Shown piece by piece: positions 33,098 to 45,487 of a stretch of DNA of 64,000 nucleotides. Numbering within the stretch: position 1 is the stretch's first letter; the number at the start of each line of letters is the position of its first letter. Where the stretch lies: positions 135,842,001 to 135,906,000 of the forward strand of contig OY740782.1 of NCBI GenBank assembly GCA_963514005.1. Direction: 5' to 3'. The position numbers were made by a program, and so were the translations under genes. This DNA comes from Raja brachyura (Eukaryota). Under the pieces are notes generated by a model. The model ran no database searches. It saw only the letters and a list, made by a program, of their open reading frames with translations, and was not told the origin of the DNA.

Positions 33098-34312
33098 TAG
33101 AATTGAATTGAATGCCTTTATTGTCATTCAGACCTTTCGGTCTGAACGAAATTTCGTGCCTGCAGTCATACATATATAAAAATAACAATACCATACAATA
33201 AACACAAAATTAACATCCACCACAGTGAGTTCACCAAACACCTCCTCACTGTGGTGGAAGGCAAAAGTCTTAGGGTCTCTGTCTTTTCTCCCCTCCTTAT
33301 TCTCCCTCTGCGCTGAGGGGATCCAGGCCGCCGCCACCGCTGACGCCGGAACACCGCCACGGGGCCCGCCGCCGGAACGTCGCTGGAGCACCGCAGCTCC
33401 CGAAAGCCAGACCGCCACTGGAGCACCGCAGCTCCCGAAACCCAGGTCGCCGCTGGAGCACCGCAGCTCCCGAAACCCAGGCCGCCGCTGGAGCACCGCA
33501 GCTCCCGAAAGCCAGGCCACCGCTGGAGCACCGCAGCTCCCGAAACCCAGGCCGCCGCTGGAGCACCGCAGCTCCCGAAACCCAAGCCGCCGCTGGAGCA
33601 CCGCAGCTCCCGAAAGCCAGGCCACCGCTGGAGCACCGCAGCTCCCGAAACCCAGGCCGCCGCTGGAGCACCGCAGCTCCCGAAACCCAGGCCGCCGCTG
33701 GAGCACCGCAGCTCAGAGGGAGCCAGGCCGCCGCTGGAGCACCGCAGCTCAGAGGGAGCCAGGCCGCCGCTGGAGCAACGCAGCTCAGAGGGAGCCAGGC
33801 CGCCGCTGGAGCACCGCAGCTCCCGACACCCAGGCCGCCGCTGGAGCACCGCAGTTCCCGACACCCAGGCCGCCGCTGGAGCACCGCAGCTCCCGACACC
33901 CAGGCCGCCGCTGGAGCACCGCAGTTCCCGTCACCCAGGCCGCCGCTGGAGCACCGCAGCTCAGAGGGAGCCAGGCCGCCGCTGGAGCACCGCAGCTCCC
34001 GAAACCCAGGCCGCCGCCGGAAGCCAGGTCGCCGCTGAAGCTCTGAAGGCCGTGCCGCTGCCTCTGGAAGCCGGAAGGCCGTCACCAGGGCCTCAGCACA
34101 GACGGAGACGGTGTCGGGGGACACGACAGGAAAAGTCGCATCCCCCCGAAGGGAGAGACTAAAACCCCGTTTCTCCCACCCTCCCCCCCCCCACACACAT
34201 ACACAACCCGACAAACCAAAAATAAACACCAAAAACAGGGACGAGGACAAAAATAAAATAAAAGACAGACGGACTGCAGGTGAGCCGCAGCTGACAAGCA
34301 GCGCCGCCACTC
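33098..34312 (-). mobile_element. Non-autonomous LINE-like element with an internal minisatellite
   Basis: Minus-strand 3' end AATGACAATAAAGGC(ATTCA)n; 14-bp stem-loop at ~33216-33258; 5' segment shared with 655-1085 and 24624-25265. Confidence 0.6.
33381..34020. repeat. GC-rich minisatellite, 35-36 bp unit, about 18 copies
   Basis: Unit CGCTGGAGCACCGCAGCTCCCGAAACCCAGGCCGC with variants (..AGAGGGAGCCAG.., ..CCGACACCCAG..); no unique spacers. Confidence 0.95.
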
Positions 34313-34932
34313 ACTTTTATCAGAGAAGTAAATCAAAATTGAAGACCTTAGTAGCTGAAGCGACAGCCACCATCAGTGGAATAATGGAGCAAAATATGTG
34401 CAGGAACCTGTGTTCTGAGGATTTTAAAGATATTGTAAATGGGGGGTTTGGACGATATATGAAAGAGCAAGGCCATATTAGGGCTTGAACACAAGAGTGA
34501 GAAACTGAAAATGAAGTGCTGGTGGACCCGAAGCTATAGAGATGATACATGGTGGCACCAAAATACAGATATCTTAGTGTAATTCTTCATATTAAATAAA
34601 GGCTGTCACGACTCTGTTATTTAATCTCTGCTGTTTTCATACTGGCAATTCTGTGAAGAAAAAGGAGAATAGCTCCACAAGAAAGCCAGTTTACATGTTC
34701 ACAGTAGGAACCACATTTATATTAAATAAGTGGCAGCAGCTGGTATGCAAAATAAATCTCTGCTCAAGAAGAATATTCAGGTTGTTCCAAAGGGCTCCTT
34801 TGAAGAAAATGATTTGATCTAAAAGCTAAATTTTGTGTGCTACATACAAAACACTTTGGGGACGAACAGATTTGCAGATAGAAGATTTAGAATTCAACAA
34901 CACATCTGGTAACATTTCTGTGTCATGTTTTT

Positions 34933-35250
34933 AGGTTGATTTAGTTTAGTTTAGAGATACAGTACGAAGACAGCCAGGTACTGCGGCCTACCGAGTCTGA
35001 ATCGATCAGCGATCCGTACACAACCAATGTCCTACACACTATGGACAATTTATAACCTTATTGAAGCCAATTGACCTACAAACCTGTACGTCTTTGGAGT
35101 GTGGCAGGAAACTGGAGCACCAGGAGAAAATCCATGCAATCACAGGGAGAATGTACGCACTATGCACTGAAGGCACCCAGAGTCAGGATCAAACCTTGGC
35201 CTCTGGCGCTGTAAGGCAGCAACTCTACCGCTGCGCCACCTTCCCGCCTA
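34933..35250 (-). mobile_element. V-SINE (HE1-like), full length, uninterrupted at the CTGTAAGGC site
   Basis: (TTTAG)n tail, V-domain, TGGCGCTGTAAGGCAGCAACTCTACCGCTGCGCCACC head. Confidence 0.8.
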
Positions 35251-35707
35251 AAGTGTGGCTTGTGGCCACACATGTAGCCTTTGTGCAGCTGTGAAAGGGG
35301 AAGAGGCAAACAGAACTGTGCTTCCCCACCCCACATGTTGCGGTCGCACTTTGAATTAGCCCCGAGGCTACTGCATTATTCATGACCCTGAATGGCTGCT
35401 CTGGCAACGCTGGGCGCGCGAGGTACAGAAAACTACATGTGGCAACCAGGTCACAGGTGGCAGAAAGCAAACAGATTGTCCCGATGGCCTTCCGACAACT
35501 CATGCTTCATCGATGAAGAGAGACACGGAGTTAAAGCTAGTATATACATTAAATTAATTGGAACGTAATTCCACAAAAAACACTGGCAATATGCAATTCA
35601 AAACATCAGTGCTAATTAAAAAAACTTCCAAAAAAAAAGTTTAATGATCAATAATCAAAATTAACTGGTGTGCTTCAATCTCTTGACATAGTAAATGACA
35701 GAATATA

Positions 35708-35910
35708 GGCACAAAAAGCTGGAGTAACTCCAGCGGGAGAGGTAACATCTATGGAGAGAAGGTGTGGGTGATGTTTCGGGTCATTCTGAAGAAGGGTCTC
35801 TGACCCGAAACGTCACCCAATCCTTCTCCCCTGAGATGCTGCCTGTCCCACTGAGTTACTCCAACTTTTTCTGTCTATCTTTGATTGCATTTGCAGTTCC
35901 TTCCTACACA
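35708..35910. repeat. Inverted pair of Penelope pLTR-derived repeats
   Basis: GCTGGAGTAACTC...GTGATGTTTCGGGTC / CTGAAGAAGGGTCTCTGACCCGAAACGTCACCC...GAGTTACTCCAAC. Confidence 0.65.
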
Positions 35911-36123
35911 TTTGGTAAATGACAGAATGCCCATGGATGCAATGGCAGTCTAGGGACAGAGTGAGAGGCCAGATTTCCTCAGTGAGGTGCAGCAAGTTAA
36001 TGGTGACAATGCAAGCCAGCTAAAGGCCTAACTGGTTGCTTTGAACAGCTTCTCTCGTTCAATTCATCAGGCTGATACCAATTATATCCAATTCCAACAC
36101 AAAAACTGACTTTTGTGACTTGT

Positions 36124-36151
36124 CTGAAGAAGGGTCTCGACCCGAAACGTC
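36124..36151 (+). ncRNA. Minimal (Penelope-type) hammerhead ribozyme-like core
   Basis: CTGAAGA-A-GGGT(CTCG)ACCC-GAAA-CG-TC: conserved core boxes, helix II and a palindromic ACGT in place of helix III. Helix I pairing is weak. Confidence 0.45.
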
Positions 36152-37677
36152 GCCTATCTCCTTCGCTCCTTCGATGCTGCTGCACCCGCTGAGTTTCTCC
36201 AGCTTTTTGTGTAACCCACAAAAACTGACTTTCTTTATACATATGTTGCAATTTTAAAGGCATCAGGCATTTCTTGGATCCAAACTGCAGTGGACCAAAC
36301 AGCATCACCTCAAATGCAAAAGTGATGTTACAGCACTTAAGACCTGCAACGGGGGTTAAACATATGGCTTTCTGACTCAGATGTAAATGTGTCAGTGCTG
36401 AGCTCCAACTAACACAGTTGATCCTGCATGCTCCATATCTGGTAGGGTGGGGTAGCTTAGCGGCACAAGCAGTGGAGCTGTTATCTCACATCTCCAGCAA
36501 CACAAGTTGAATCCTGACCCCAGGAGCTGTTTGCACATTTTCTGTGACTGCTTGGGTTTCCCCTGGATGCTCTGGTTTCCTCCCACATACCAATAATGTG
36601 CAGGTAAGTGGGTTGACATAAAATGCTGGAGTACCTCAGCGGGACAGGCAGCATCACTGGAGAGAAGGAATGGGTGATGTTTCGGGTCGAGGCCCTTCTT
36701 CAGTTTATAGGTTAATTGGAACTGTAAATTGTAATAGCACGGAACAAAAGCTTTCCACTGTACCTCGGTACATCTCACAATAAACTAAACTGAACTGATT
36801 GTCATTACAAGTTCAGACATTGTTTTACTGAAGTTGGGAGCCATCGGCTGCTGAAAACATGAGGCGCAAACACGCCTTTTGAGTCAGTGAGCATGCACAA
36901 TGTTGTCTATTGGTCACTACTTGCCTTAACCTTGTTGTTGAGACATTGACATCACACCTATTGCACAAATGAAGCAAATGCAGTCCACCAATGGCTACAC
37001 TTTTCTCCCACAAGAGGCTACAAACACTGGCAATTGATGCCATTAAAGATTGTAATGCTGCCAGCATATGCATGGCTTGTTTACACTTCCATTTCTTCAA
37101 ATGATGAGAAACTGAGCAAGTAGCAGTTAACACTATAATTAGCAACTATATTAGCTTCCGCTGATTTCAATATTCAAAATAATCACTTTGAAGTTTATAA
37201 GAGACAAACGACAACTTTCAATGGCATATCTGTGGACTTCTTATCTGTGCACTGTCGACAGCATAACTATATTCATGTATAGTCTTTTCTTTGACTAGAT
37301 AGCACACAAACAAAAGCTTTTCACTGTACCTTGGTACACATGATAATAATAAATGAAACAAAACTAAACTAGGGTTCGGATACACTATTTGTGCTGGAAA
37401 GGCATTGAACTGACCAATAATTGCTCCACACAGCTGACTACTTGCAGTGGAACACTAAAATTTTTGAGAAGGAGATTGATGAATTGATTGAAAGATTCTG
37501 CAATAAAACAGGTCCATCGACCCACAGTGTCCACACTAACCATCGATCACCTGTTCACAATAGTTCCACTCTCGACACACGAGGGGCAATTTACAATTTA
37601 ACTATAAACCCGCACGTCTTTGGGATGTGGGTGGAAACCAGAGCACCTGGAGATCATTCATTTCAACAGCACAGTCA

Positions 37678-37878
<201 letters not shown>

Positions 37879-38559
37879 TTAACATGATACTGCGTTATTC
37901 AAGACCTCATTTATGCAGCAAAACACATGCAATATTTTCTGAACAATGCACAGCCAAACTGAAGAAATGCATCCCATGTTATTGCTTGTTATGCCTTTGC
38001 TTGTATTTTAAATGCTGAAAGTAAACGTGTTGGCATTGGCACGACATATCTCACCATGCATAAATCTGACTTCATTAAAGCCATTTTACATCATATCAAT
38101 GAACTGTTTCATGATTAAATCTGTCCCCCAGAGATTTCACAATCGTTTATTCGCTCGAGATTCAACAACACAAACACACATAAAATGGTTAGGAGTGCAA
38201 TGCGAGGAATAGCACAAATGCGGATAAACACACGTCAGCCAAGGAAGTGAACAAATGAAAATGAATTAATGGCATGGTAGGTACTGGACCAAGAGGTTCA
38301 ACCCCAAAATCAATTTCCTACATTCACTGAGATGACAGCTGATCACATCTTAATTCCAACAACATGCCTTGGCCTTCTAATAGCCCTAGTTAGCAAATCT
38401 CAGAATTGAGCAAAGATCTGTTGTGTTTTGAGAGGAAGTGTGCCACTCTACTACCCTTTGCGTAAAGGATTTAAACCTATAACCAACTGCCCAGACTCCC
38501 CCATCATCCAAAAGTAAATGCCTGCGTTCATCTAATCAACTTCATCCAAAATTATGAAA

Positions 38560-40345
38560 ACTTTAAACCATAAGGACCATGAAATTGAAGCAAGAGCTGG
38601 TCATTCAGCATCTCACACCTGTTCCACCATTCAATGTCATGACTAGTCTTCATCTCAGCATCATTTTCCTCAGCAATCCTATAATTACCATAATGTCCAA
38701 AAAATCTGTTCATCTCCATCCTTAATATAACTCAGCAATTGAGTCTTCACAGTCTTCCTGAACATAGACTTCCACAGATTCACAGCTATTAGTTGGAAGA
38801 AATTCCCTGCAGAAAATGCCCGAAATATGCAGCAGGACAGGATATCGTTAATTTGGAAAGTGTGCTAAAAAAATGTGCAAGGATGTCACTGGGTATGGAG
38901 GCTTTGAGCTACAAGGAAAGGTTGGATAGACTGGATCTCTTTTCCTTGGAGCGTAGGAGCCTGAGGGGTGACCATAGAGAGGTACATAAAATCATGACGA
39001 GCAGAGATAAAGTGAAGAAGGGTTTCGCCCCGAAACGTTGCCTATTTCCTTCGCTCCATAGATACTGCTGCACCCGCTGAGTTCCTCCAGCATTTTTGTG
39101 TACCTTCGATTTTCCAGCATCTGCAGTTCCTTCTTAAATAAAATGAATAGCCTATAGGTAAGTCTTTTCCCCAGGGTATGGAAGTCTAAAACTAATGGGT
39201 GCTGTTAAGGTGAAACAACAAATATTTAAAATGGACCCGAGGGATTTTTTCACAAAAGGGTGGTGTATACATGGAACGAGCTGCCAGAGGGAGTGGTAGA
39301 GGCAGATACAATTTTGATATTAAAAAAAACCCACCCAGACAAATACAAGGAGAGGAAAGAGTGGGACTAGCTCAGTTCGGCAACTTGGTCACATGACTAA
39401 GTTGAGGCGAAGTGCCTGTTTCCATGTTGTACAGCTCTGCAACTATGATTCTAGGTCAGGCTACATCTATGGGAAGGGAAAGAAAGTTAACCTTTCAGGT
39501 CAAAGACCCTTCGCCAAAATCAGTTTCAGACCTGAAATGTCGATTCGGTTTATCTTTGCACTGATAGATTGATCTGTCGATTTTTTCTGGCATTTTCTGC
39601 TTTCGCTTAGTTTTCCAGCATTTCCAATTTTTTTTAGACTTTCAGCTATTTAGAATAAATTTCTTCTTATCTTTGACCGGAGGTCCAACTCCTTATTCTG
39701 AACCTGTGGTAACTGTTTCTGGACATCTCAGCCAGAGGAAACATCATACTTGCATTGACCTAGTCAAGGCCCTTACGAATTGCATATGCAGTAATGGCAT
39801 CACTTCTTATTCTTCTAAACACATGCGAGTATAGGCATAGTCTATTTAATCTGTCCCCGTGTGACAGCCTTTCCCACCTCATGAATCAGTTTGGTGAATT
39901 TTTATTTCAATTCTGCCTTTCCACATTTATATTCTACATTTCTCTTAAGGCAGTGAGAATGGACGACCACAATTTTCTAGGTGTGGTCTCACTAGGGGCC
40001 TATATAACTGCAGTAGGAAACATAGAAACATAGAAAATAGGTGCAGGAGTAGGCCATTCAGCCCTTCGAGCCAACCCGCCATTCAATATGATCATGATCA
40101 TCCTAAATCTGTACCCCATTCCTGCTTTCTCCCCATATCCCATGATTCTGTTAGCCCAAAGAGTTATATCTAACTCTCTCTTGAAAACATCTGGATTCAC
40201 AACTCTGTGGGTGAAAAATGTTTTTCCTCATCGCAGTCCTAAATGGCCTAACCTTATTCCTAAACTGTGACTCCTGGTTCTGGACTCCCTCAACATTGGG
40301 GGGAAAATTTCCTACATCTAGCCTGTCCAATACCTTAAGAATCTT
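38560..40345. mobile_element. Cluster of old CR1 fragments (both strands) with Penelope-derived inserts
   Basis: YKERLDRLDLFSLERRSLRGD at ~38905-38975, hammerhead-type repeat at 39013-39135, CR1 tails at ~39400 and ~40018. Confidence 0.65.
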
Positions 40346-41634
40346 CAAGATATCTTCAGTCCTCTTAGAATAAAGATCAATATACAATTTCTCATTCTAA
40401 TTGTTTTCTGTAGCTGCACTTTTATAATCAGCAACGGTATGCAAGAATTTCCAAATCCCTCAGAATACGAACATCTCCCAATAGCACTATTCTTTTTTTT
40501 CCTTCTAAATTGGACAGTTTTCAATGCAATTCCACCTGCCACATTTTCTCCCATTCACGTAACCTCAGCCATCAAATTTTCAAGAAGTGTCAATCTATTT
40601 TATATGTTAGTTCCTCAAAATGCTCCCTTTCAACCTCTGGTAAAATTTTGATGAATTCCCCTATGCCAAAAAAAAGTGCCAAGATATTGTTTGTCTTAAC
40701 TAATAAAGGGTGCTCCAGATGATGCTTAAACCTACAAACTGAAGAGATTTTAATGATGTTCTTTCCTTTATATTCTCATCCTCTTGACATGAAGGCTACC
40801 ATTCTATTTGTGAAGGAAGGAACTGCAGATGCTGGTTTACATCAAAGATAGACACAAAATGCTGGGGTAACTCAGTGGGTCAGGCAGCATCTCTGGAAAA
40901 AAGGAATAGGTGACATTTCAGGTCATGACCCTTCTTCAGACTCTACTTGTGATTTTGATTTTGTTTTGTACCTGCTTGATATATTTTAGTGATATTCTAT
41001 CTTTTGAAGTACACACTGAGATCCAGTATTTTAGTTCATTTATTTCATTAAAATGGTGATAGCATTTGCAATTACATTTGTTAAATGTTTGGGCATTTGA
41101 CGCACTTTAACAATGTTAATAGTTGCCAACAGTTCTAGATGGAGATTTGTCATGTGTTGTCGGATCAGCTTGCTCCTATTTGCTCGGTTCTGTCTGTGGA
41201 TGTCCTATCTCCACTCAGAACCTCACCACTTTGCCTCGGATAGTTTAATCCATTCCGAATAGAAGGAATAAATTTAGGGCAATGTGAAATGCAAGAGGCA
41301 TGGCCCAATGTACTGATTCAGCCATTGGATTGAGAGAGACCTGAAAGTCCAGTGTGACTAGGTTACATTAAATTACTTTTGAGATACAGCGCGGAAACAG
41401 GCCCTTCGACCCGCCGAGTTTGTGCCGATCACTCAATGCACTAACTCTATCCTACACACGAGGGAACATTTATAATTTTACCGAAGACAATTCACCTAAA
41501 AACTTGTACATGTTTGGTATGTGGGATAAAACCGGAACACCTGGAGAAAACCCATGCGGTCACAGGGAGAAGGTACAAACTCCTGACAGACAGTCCCTGG
41601 TGTCAGGATCAAACCCAGCTCTCTGGCACTGCAA

Positions 41635-42007
41635 TGGGCCTGTCCCACTTAGGCTATTTTTAAGCGATTGCTGGCGACTGGATCCCTTTTCTACATAAAA
41701 TTTGAAATAGAATCATTACTTTAACAACAAAAAAAAACAAAGTCAGCACCAACGACAACCTACGTCATCCTAGTGACAACCTACGTCAGAAGTCAAGCTA
41801 CGCTCATTGGCGTCAAGCCAACTGTCGCCGACTGTCACTGAAAGGTTTTGAACTTTTCAAAATCCAACGGGAACCAGAAAAACACTACGATTCTTTGGGC
41901 GACTGAGGAGACTACTCAAGTCCACACAGGCGACACCCCGGCGACCATGTGGCGACAGCCTAGTCACCTGTAGCCGCCTAAAAATTTGCCTAAGTGGGAC
42001 AGGGGCA
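41635..42007. mobile_element. PIF/Harbinger MITE, family C, inside a minus-strand V-SINE (41378-42040)
   Basis: TIRs TGGGCCTGTCCCACTTAGGC / GCCTAAGTGGGACAGGGGCA; TSD CAA/TAA (41632-34, 42008-10). Confidence 0.82.
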
Positions 42008-43062
42008 TAAGGCAGCAGCCCTACCGTTGCACCACTGTGCCACTGTAATTTAAACTTATTAAAGAGTTTGAGTGAAATCATCAGTATTGGATTGGGTAAA
42101 GTTAGACCAAAAGTGGCAGAGACCAAACATGAAAACAGAACTGAGTGGGAGAGAATCAACAACCTTGAAAACCAGCCTGTTTAACTTAGAAGATTAACCA
42201 CCAGCAACAGTGTGCAGAAGACTTTGCAGACTGCACACTACTAAATAAATATGTACGTTTCATAATCCTGCATTACATTATTCACATTTGTTTCAACATC
42301 TGTATGAAAACTCAGCTGCCACATTTTCAAATGGGTTCAAAGTTTTTTATTTATATTTTAAATATATAAATAAATAACAAATCACATTTTCAATAACGGT
42401 CATAATAATCATTTAAACATTATGAAGCAGCTAACAAGCCACTTAAATCAATCAATATTTTATAAAGCAGCACATTATAACTGTTGTTCTCAAAAACGAT
42501 CCACACCAGAATTTAAACACCATTTTTAACAATATCAGGATGTCCAGAGCACCTTACAATTATTCAAATACTTTTTCACGTCTATCAGTCGCCGTTGTAA
42601 AACAGGTGAGACCAGATATCCACACACAGCAGCAAGAAAATACTCAAATACTTGTCATTGTTAATAATGTTAGTTCAGTACTGGGGCCTTTTACATTCAT
42701 TTGACACGATTTTGGTTGAACAGCTCACCAAATGGTGTCACCTCCAAAGGTACTCTGATATAATGCTCCTGTAAATGACGTGCTTCAATCTCTGGGGTTT
42801 CAATGCCCCAGCTCCTGATTCATGAAGGGAGTGCCTGTTTTTTTCCTAACCCATTTAATAAAACAAAAGACTGATGACTAAAAGAGCCAGACACAGGAAA
42901 CAAACTATCAAAGTTCATTGTTTGTAGTTTCATGTACTTGTTTGATCTTCAAGATCATACAGAATCTGGGTAATTATATCATCAGCACATCAATGAAAAT
43001 CTCAACAACCGTTGAGGATGTAGAGGGATCGGTTACCCAATTGAAGAATTATTGTAATAACA

Positions 43063-43218
43063 ATACCATATAACCATATAACAATTACAGCACGGAAACA
43101 GGCTCTCTCGGCCCTTCCAGTCCGTGCCGACCATTTATTTTCCCCTAGTCCCATCTACCTGCACTCAGACCATACCCCTCCATTCCCTTCCCGTCCATAT
43201 ACTTATCCACTTTACTTT
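43063..43218 (-). mobile_element. CR1 extreme 3' end
   Basis: Reverse complement of the 60300-60452 tail. Confidence 0.75.
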
Positions 43219-44122
43219 TGCATCGAGGAAATGCATCGACGGAACAGATAATACAGCTACCATGTGGATGGATATATTTTGAAACATTGCATATGGGAAT
43301 GTAAACAATGTTTGCCAATTCTACGTGAATGTAATCCAAAAGGTTTCAAAATATGACCGCTCGCCTCCAGTTGCATCTCGAAAATATTGAGCATCTTTTC
43401 AATTAATAATCAAAAGCTGTCAATTCAAATAAAAGATTCATACAATATTTAATTAATGCGCTAATGATTTTTTTTTGTTCTTCAGGTAATTTGTAGCAGT
43501 CTCGAGAATACTAATTTTTGGACATTTTTGGAAGTTGGGGGTCTTGGAGTAGAGCTGTAACTAAGCGAGATAGATCATGGAAGAGAGCAGAATTAGTCAA
43601 GCGCATAACAACGGTCGTGATGGGCATGGATCATTAGCCAGAATCAATCAACACAGTCCTGTGGTGTTAAGGCAAGCATCTGCAATTAATTCCAAAGCTC
43701 ACATTGCACCCCAATTCAATCCATACAAGGACCAAGAAGCAGCACTTTGGGACTGCACGCGATTCAGGCACTTGGACCAACAGATATTCACCAAATGTCA
43801 TATTTCAGCAATTATATGGTGATAGAGAACAGCATATCACATGCTAATTAGTGCATTATGTTACGGCAACAATGCATAACTTAAAAGGCTGTGATAGCAA
43901 TGGCAAGGAAGTTACTGCAGGTCCAGTATGCTTCACTGAATTAAATACAAGACCAATTGCATAAACATTACTTTATGGACGCAGAAGCAAATGGCTATTA
44001 TTAATAATCACCTGCCTGCATATAGCTGACTGTTCCGATTCCCTTGGTCTTTTATTTCAACAAAACATGATTACCTGATTGCTATTTTTTAGGATATAAC
44101 AATAAATACACAAACACACAAT

Positions 44123-44628
44123 CACCAGACTGATTCCTGAGATGTACCAGACTGATTCCTGGGATGTCAGGACTTTCATATGAGGAAAGATTGGATAGAC
44201 TCGGCTTGTACTCACTGGAATTTAGAAGATTGAGGGGGGATCTTATAGAAACTTACAAAATTCTTAAGGGGTTGGACAAGCTAGATGCTGGAAGATTGTT
44301 CCCGATGTAGGGGGAGTCCAGAACAAGGGGTCACAGTGTAAGGATAAGGGGAATTCCTTTAGGAACGAGATGAGGAAAACATTCTTTACACAGAGAGTGG
44401 TGAGTCTCTGGAATTCTCTGCCACAGAAGGTAGTTGAGGCCAGTTCATTGGCTATATTTAAGAGGGCGTTAGATGTGGCACTTGTGGCTAAAGGGATCAG
44501 GTGGTATGGAGAGAAGGCAGGTGCGGGATACTGAGTTGGACGATCAGCCATGATCACATTGAATGGCGGTGCAGGCTCGAAGGGCCGAATGGCCTACTCC
44601 TGCACCTATTTTTCTATGTTTCTATGTT
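44123..44628 (+). mobile_element. Young CR1 3' fragment
   Basis: Nearly identical to the reverse complement of 28891-29365; (CTATGTTT)n tail. Confidence 0.88.
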
Positions 44629-44675
44629 TATCCTCATCTTACTTTTTTATGTACAATCATTCCCATATTACATTA

Positions 44676-45487
44676 TGGCGTCACGGTGGTGCAGTGGTAG
44701 AGTTGCTGCCTTACAGCACCAGAGACCTGGGTTCGAACCTGACTATGGGTGCAGCCTGTACAGAGTTTGTACGTTCTCCCCGTGACCCATGTGAGTTTTC
44801 TCCGGGTGCTGTGGTTTCCTCCCACAATAGACAATCGATGATAGACAATAGGTGCTGGAGCAGGCCATAGGAGATTAGAAAATTGGTTGGCAGACAGGAA
44901 TTTGTCACTCACCCAACCTGTCCAAGTCACCCTGCATTCTCATAGCATGCTCCTCACGTTTCACACTGCCACCCAGCTTTGTGTCATCTGTAAATTTGCT
45001 AATGTTACTTTGAATCCTTTCATCTAAATCATTGATGTGTATTGCAAATAGCTGCGGTTCCAGCACCGAGCCTTGTGGTACCCCACTAGTCACTGCCTGC
45101 CATTCTGAAAGGGACCCGTTAATCCCTACTCTTTATTTCCTGTCTACCAACCAATTTTCTATCCATGTCAGCACTCTACCCCCAATACCATGTGCCCTAA
45201 TTATGCCCACTAATCTCCTATGTGGGGCCTTATCAAATGATTTCTGAAAGTCCAGGCACACTACCTCCACTGGCTCTCCTTCTCCATTTTCCTAGTTACA
45301 TCTTCAAAGAATTCTAGAAGATTAGTCAACCATGATTTCCCCACTACAAAGACGTACAGGTTTGTAGGATAATTGGCCTCTGGAAATTGTCCCTAGTGTG
45401 TAGAATAGTGCTAGTGTGCGGGGATCGCTGGTCAGTGCCGAAAGCCCCCATTTCTGCGCTGTATCTCTATTAACTAAACTAAACTTA
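44676..45487 (+). mobile_element. V-SINE split by a CR1 RT fragment (44828-45342, mostly minus strand)
   Basis: SINE ...GGTTTCCTCCCACA| resumes |CTACAAAGACGTACAGG at ~45344; the insert encodes GVPQGSVLEP, KFTDDTK. Confidence 0.75.

Noticed and set aside
33381-34020. 35-bp repeats as a CRISPR array
   Set aside because: Units are directly tandem with no unique spacers, there are no cas genes, and the context is a vertebrate intron.
33128-34310. Long overlapping ORFs (192-337 aa) on both strands
   Set aside because: By-product of a stop-poor GC-rich minisatellite; the peptides simply repeat the unit in shifting frames.
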